Positions 25,980 to 26,478 of a stretch of DNA of 26,478 nucleotides are shown piece by piece. How positions within the stretch are numbered: the first letter of the stretch is position 1; every line of letters starts with the position of its first letter. Under the pieces are notes generated by a model. That model did no database searches. It had not been told where the DNA came from and saw nothing but the letters and a program-made list of their open reading frames with translations. Origin of the DNA: a virus (lineage: Duplodnaviria; Caudoviricetes). Location of the stretch: the IMG/VR virus record IMGVR_UViG_3300016265_000156, positions 1-26,478 of that record; one strand, 5' to 3'. Both the position numbers and the translations under genes were made by a program.

Positions 25980-26392
25980 TATTTAGTCTCCGCAATTACC
26001 TTATCGTCCCCGCGCTTGACGGTAACTTTTCCATCCTCAACGTCAACCTGCATGGATGGCTCTTTACGATCCAGCCTGTCTAGCTTGTCAATTAGCTGCT
26101 TCATGACTTCAAACTCAGGCTTGTCCTGCTTGGGCGTGGCTCCGGCAATCCCGTTCAGCATGGAGATCAACGCAGTCAGCGCAGCGCCCAGCAATCCCAT
26201 GACGGCAGCAATCTTGTTCTCTTCAAGAAACACAGATGCCACAACGCCGATGACGACAATAGATGTGATGTAGGCCAGACCATGTTTGCCGATAGCCTTG
26301 CCTGCGACTTCCTTGGCTGTGCTATTAGCCTCCAGCCGGTTCAGTTCTGCTGCGGCTTGCGCTTTGAAAACAGCCAAGTCTTTGTCGTCCAT
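25979..26392 (-). CDS. Two-TM membrane protein (holin/antiholin-like)
   Basis: Start MDDKDL at 26392 follows SD GAGGTGG; TM segments LAYITSIVVIGVVASVFL and IAAVMGLLGAALTALISML. Confidence 0.7.
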   Translation of the reverse strand: MDDKDLAVFKAQAAAELNRLEANSTAKEVAGKAIGKHGLAYITSIVVIGVVASVFLEENKIAAVMGLLGAALTALISMLNGIAGATPKQDKPEFEVMKQLIDKLDRLDRKEPSMQVDVEDGKVTVKRGDDKVIAETK

Positions 26393-26400
26393 CACCCACC

Positions 26401-26478
26401 TCAAGCGGCTTGTTGTGCTTTCCATGAGGTCGTAGCCTCATCCCACGAGTACATCTGGCCGTCAGTAGGCATATCTAC
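26401..26478 (-). CDS. C-terminus of a truncated phage protein (tail-associated type)
   Basis: Open frame from the window edge: VDMPTDGQMYSWDEATTSWKAQQAA*. The Y-x-W-D-E-x-x-x-x-W ending recalls small tail-associated proteins. Confidence 0.6.
   Translation of the reverse strand, partial: VDMPTDGQMYSWDEATTSWKAQQAA

Noticed and set aside
26393-26425. Longer start (MESTTSR...) for the 2-TM protein
   Set aside because: Overlaps the upstream gene's 3' end; SD GAGGTGG supports ATG 26392.
1-26478. tRNA/rRNA genes, introns, inteins, IS elements, stop-codon recoding
   Set aside because: No cloverleaf, transposase or intein motifs recognised; genes are intact and tightly packed under the standard code.

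Overview
Internal 26.5-kb fragment of a tailed dsDNA phage genome, probably podovirus-like with ejected internal proteins. It has two convergent modules. The + strand (1-8475) is a replication module: C-terminal part of a family A DNA polymerase (Leu762 type), two small membrane proteins, a Cas4/RecB-like PD-(D/E)XK nuclease, an HNH-like protein, an SNF2-type helicase, a coiled-coil protein, a Cys4/acidic-tail putative SSB, an AEP primase-DUF927 helicase fusion and a small basic protein. The - strand (26478-8568) is a late module: two holin-like proteins, an M15 endolysin, a P22 gp10/nozzle-like tail protein, a C1q/TNF-like knob protein, a cupin, a GNAT-like protein and three probable ejection proteins. 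The last of these is a 2828-aa polyvalent protein with ParB/Srx-like, L,D-transpeptidase (YkuD) and HEXXH zincin domains. The most striking unannotated signal is a candidate ~80-nt small RNA at the module junction (about 8486-8569). It has its own extended -10 box and intrinsic terminator and carries two anti-Shine-Dalgarno elements. One is 13/13 complementary, and the other 14 bp with one bulge, to the RBS of the gene at 4115, 4.4 kb away. That gene has a long structured 5' leader with another exposed CCUCCU. All calls come from reading motifs by eye; no database search or folding program was run.
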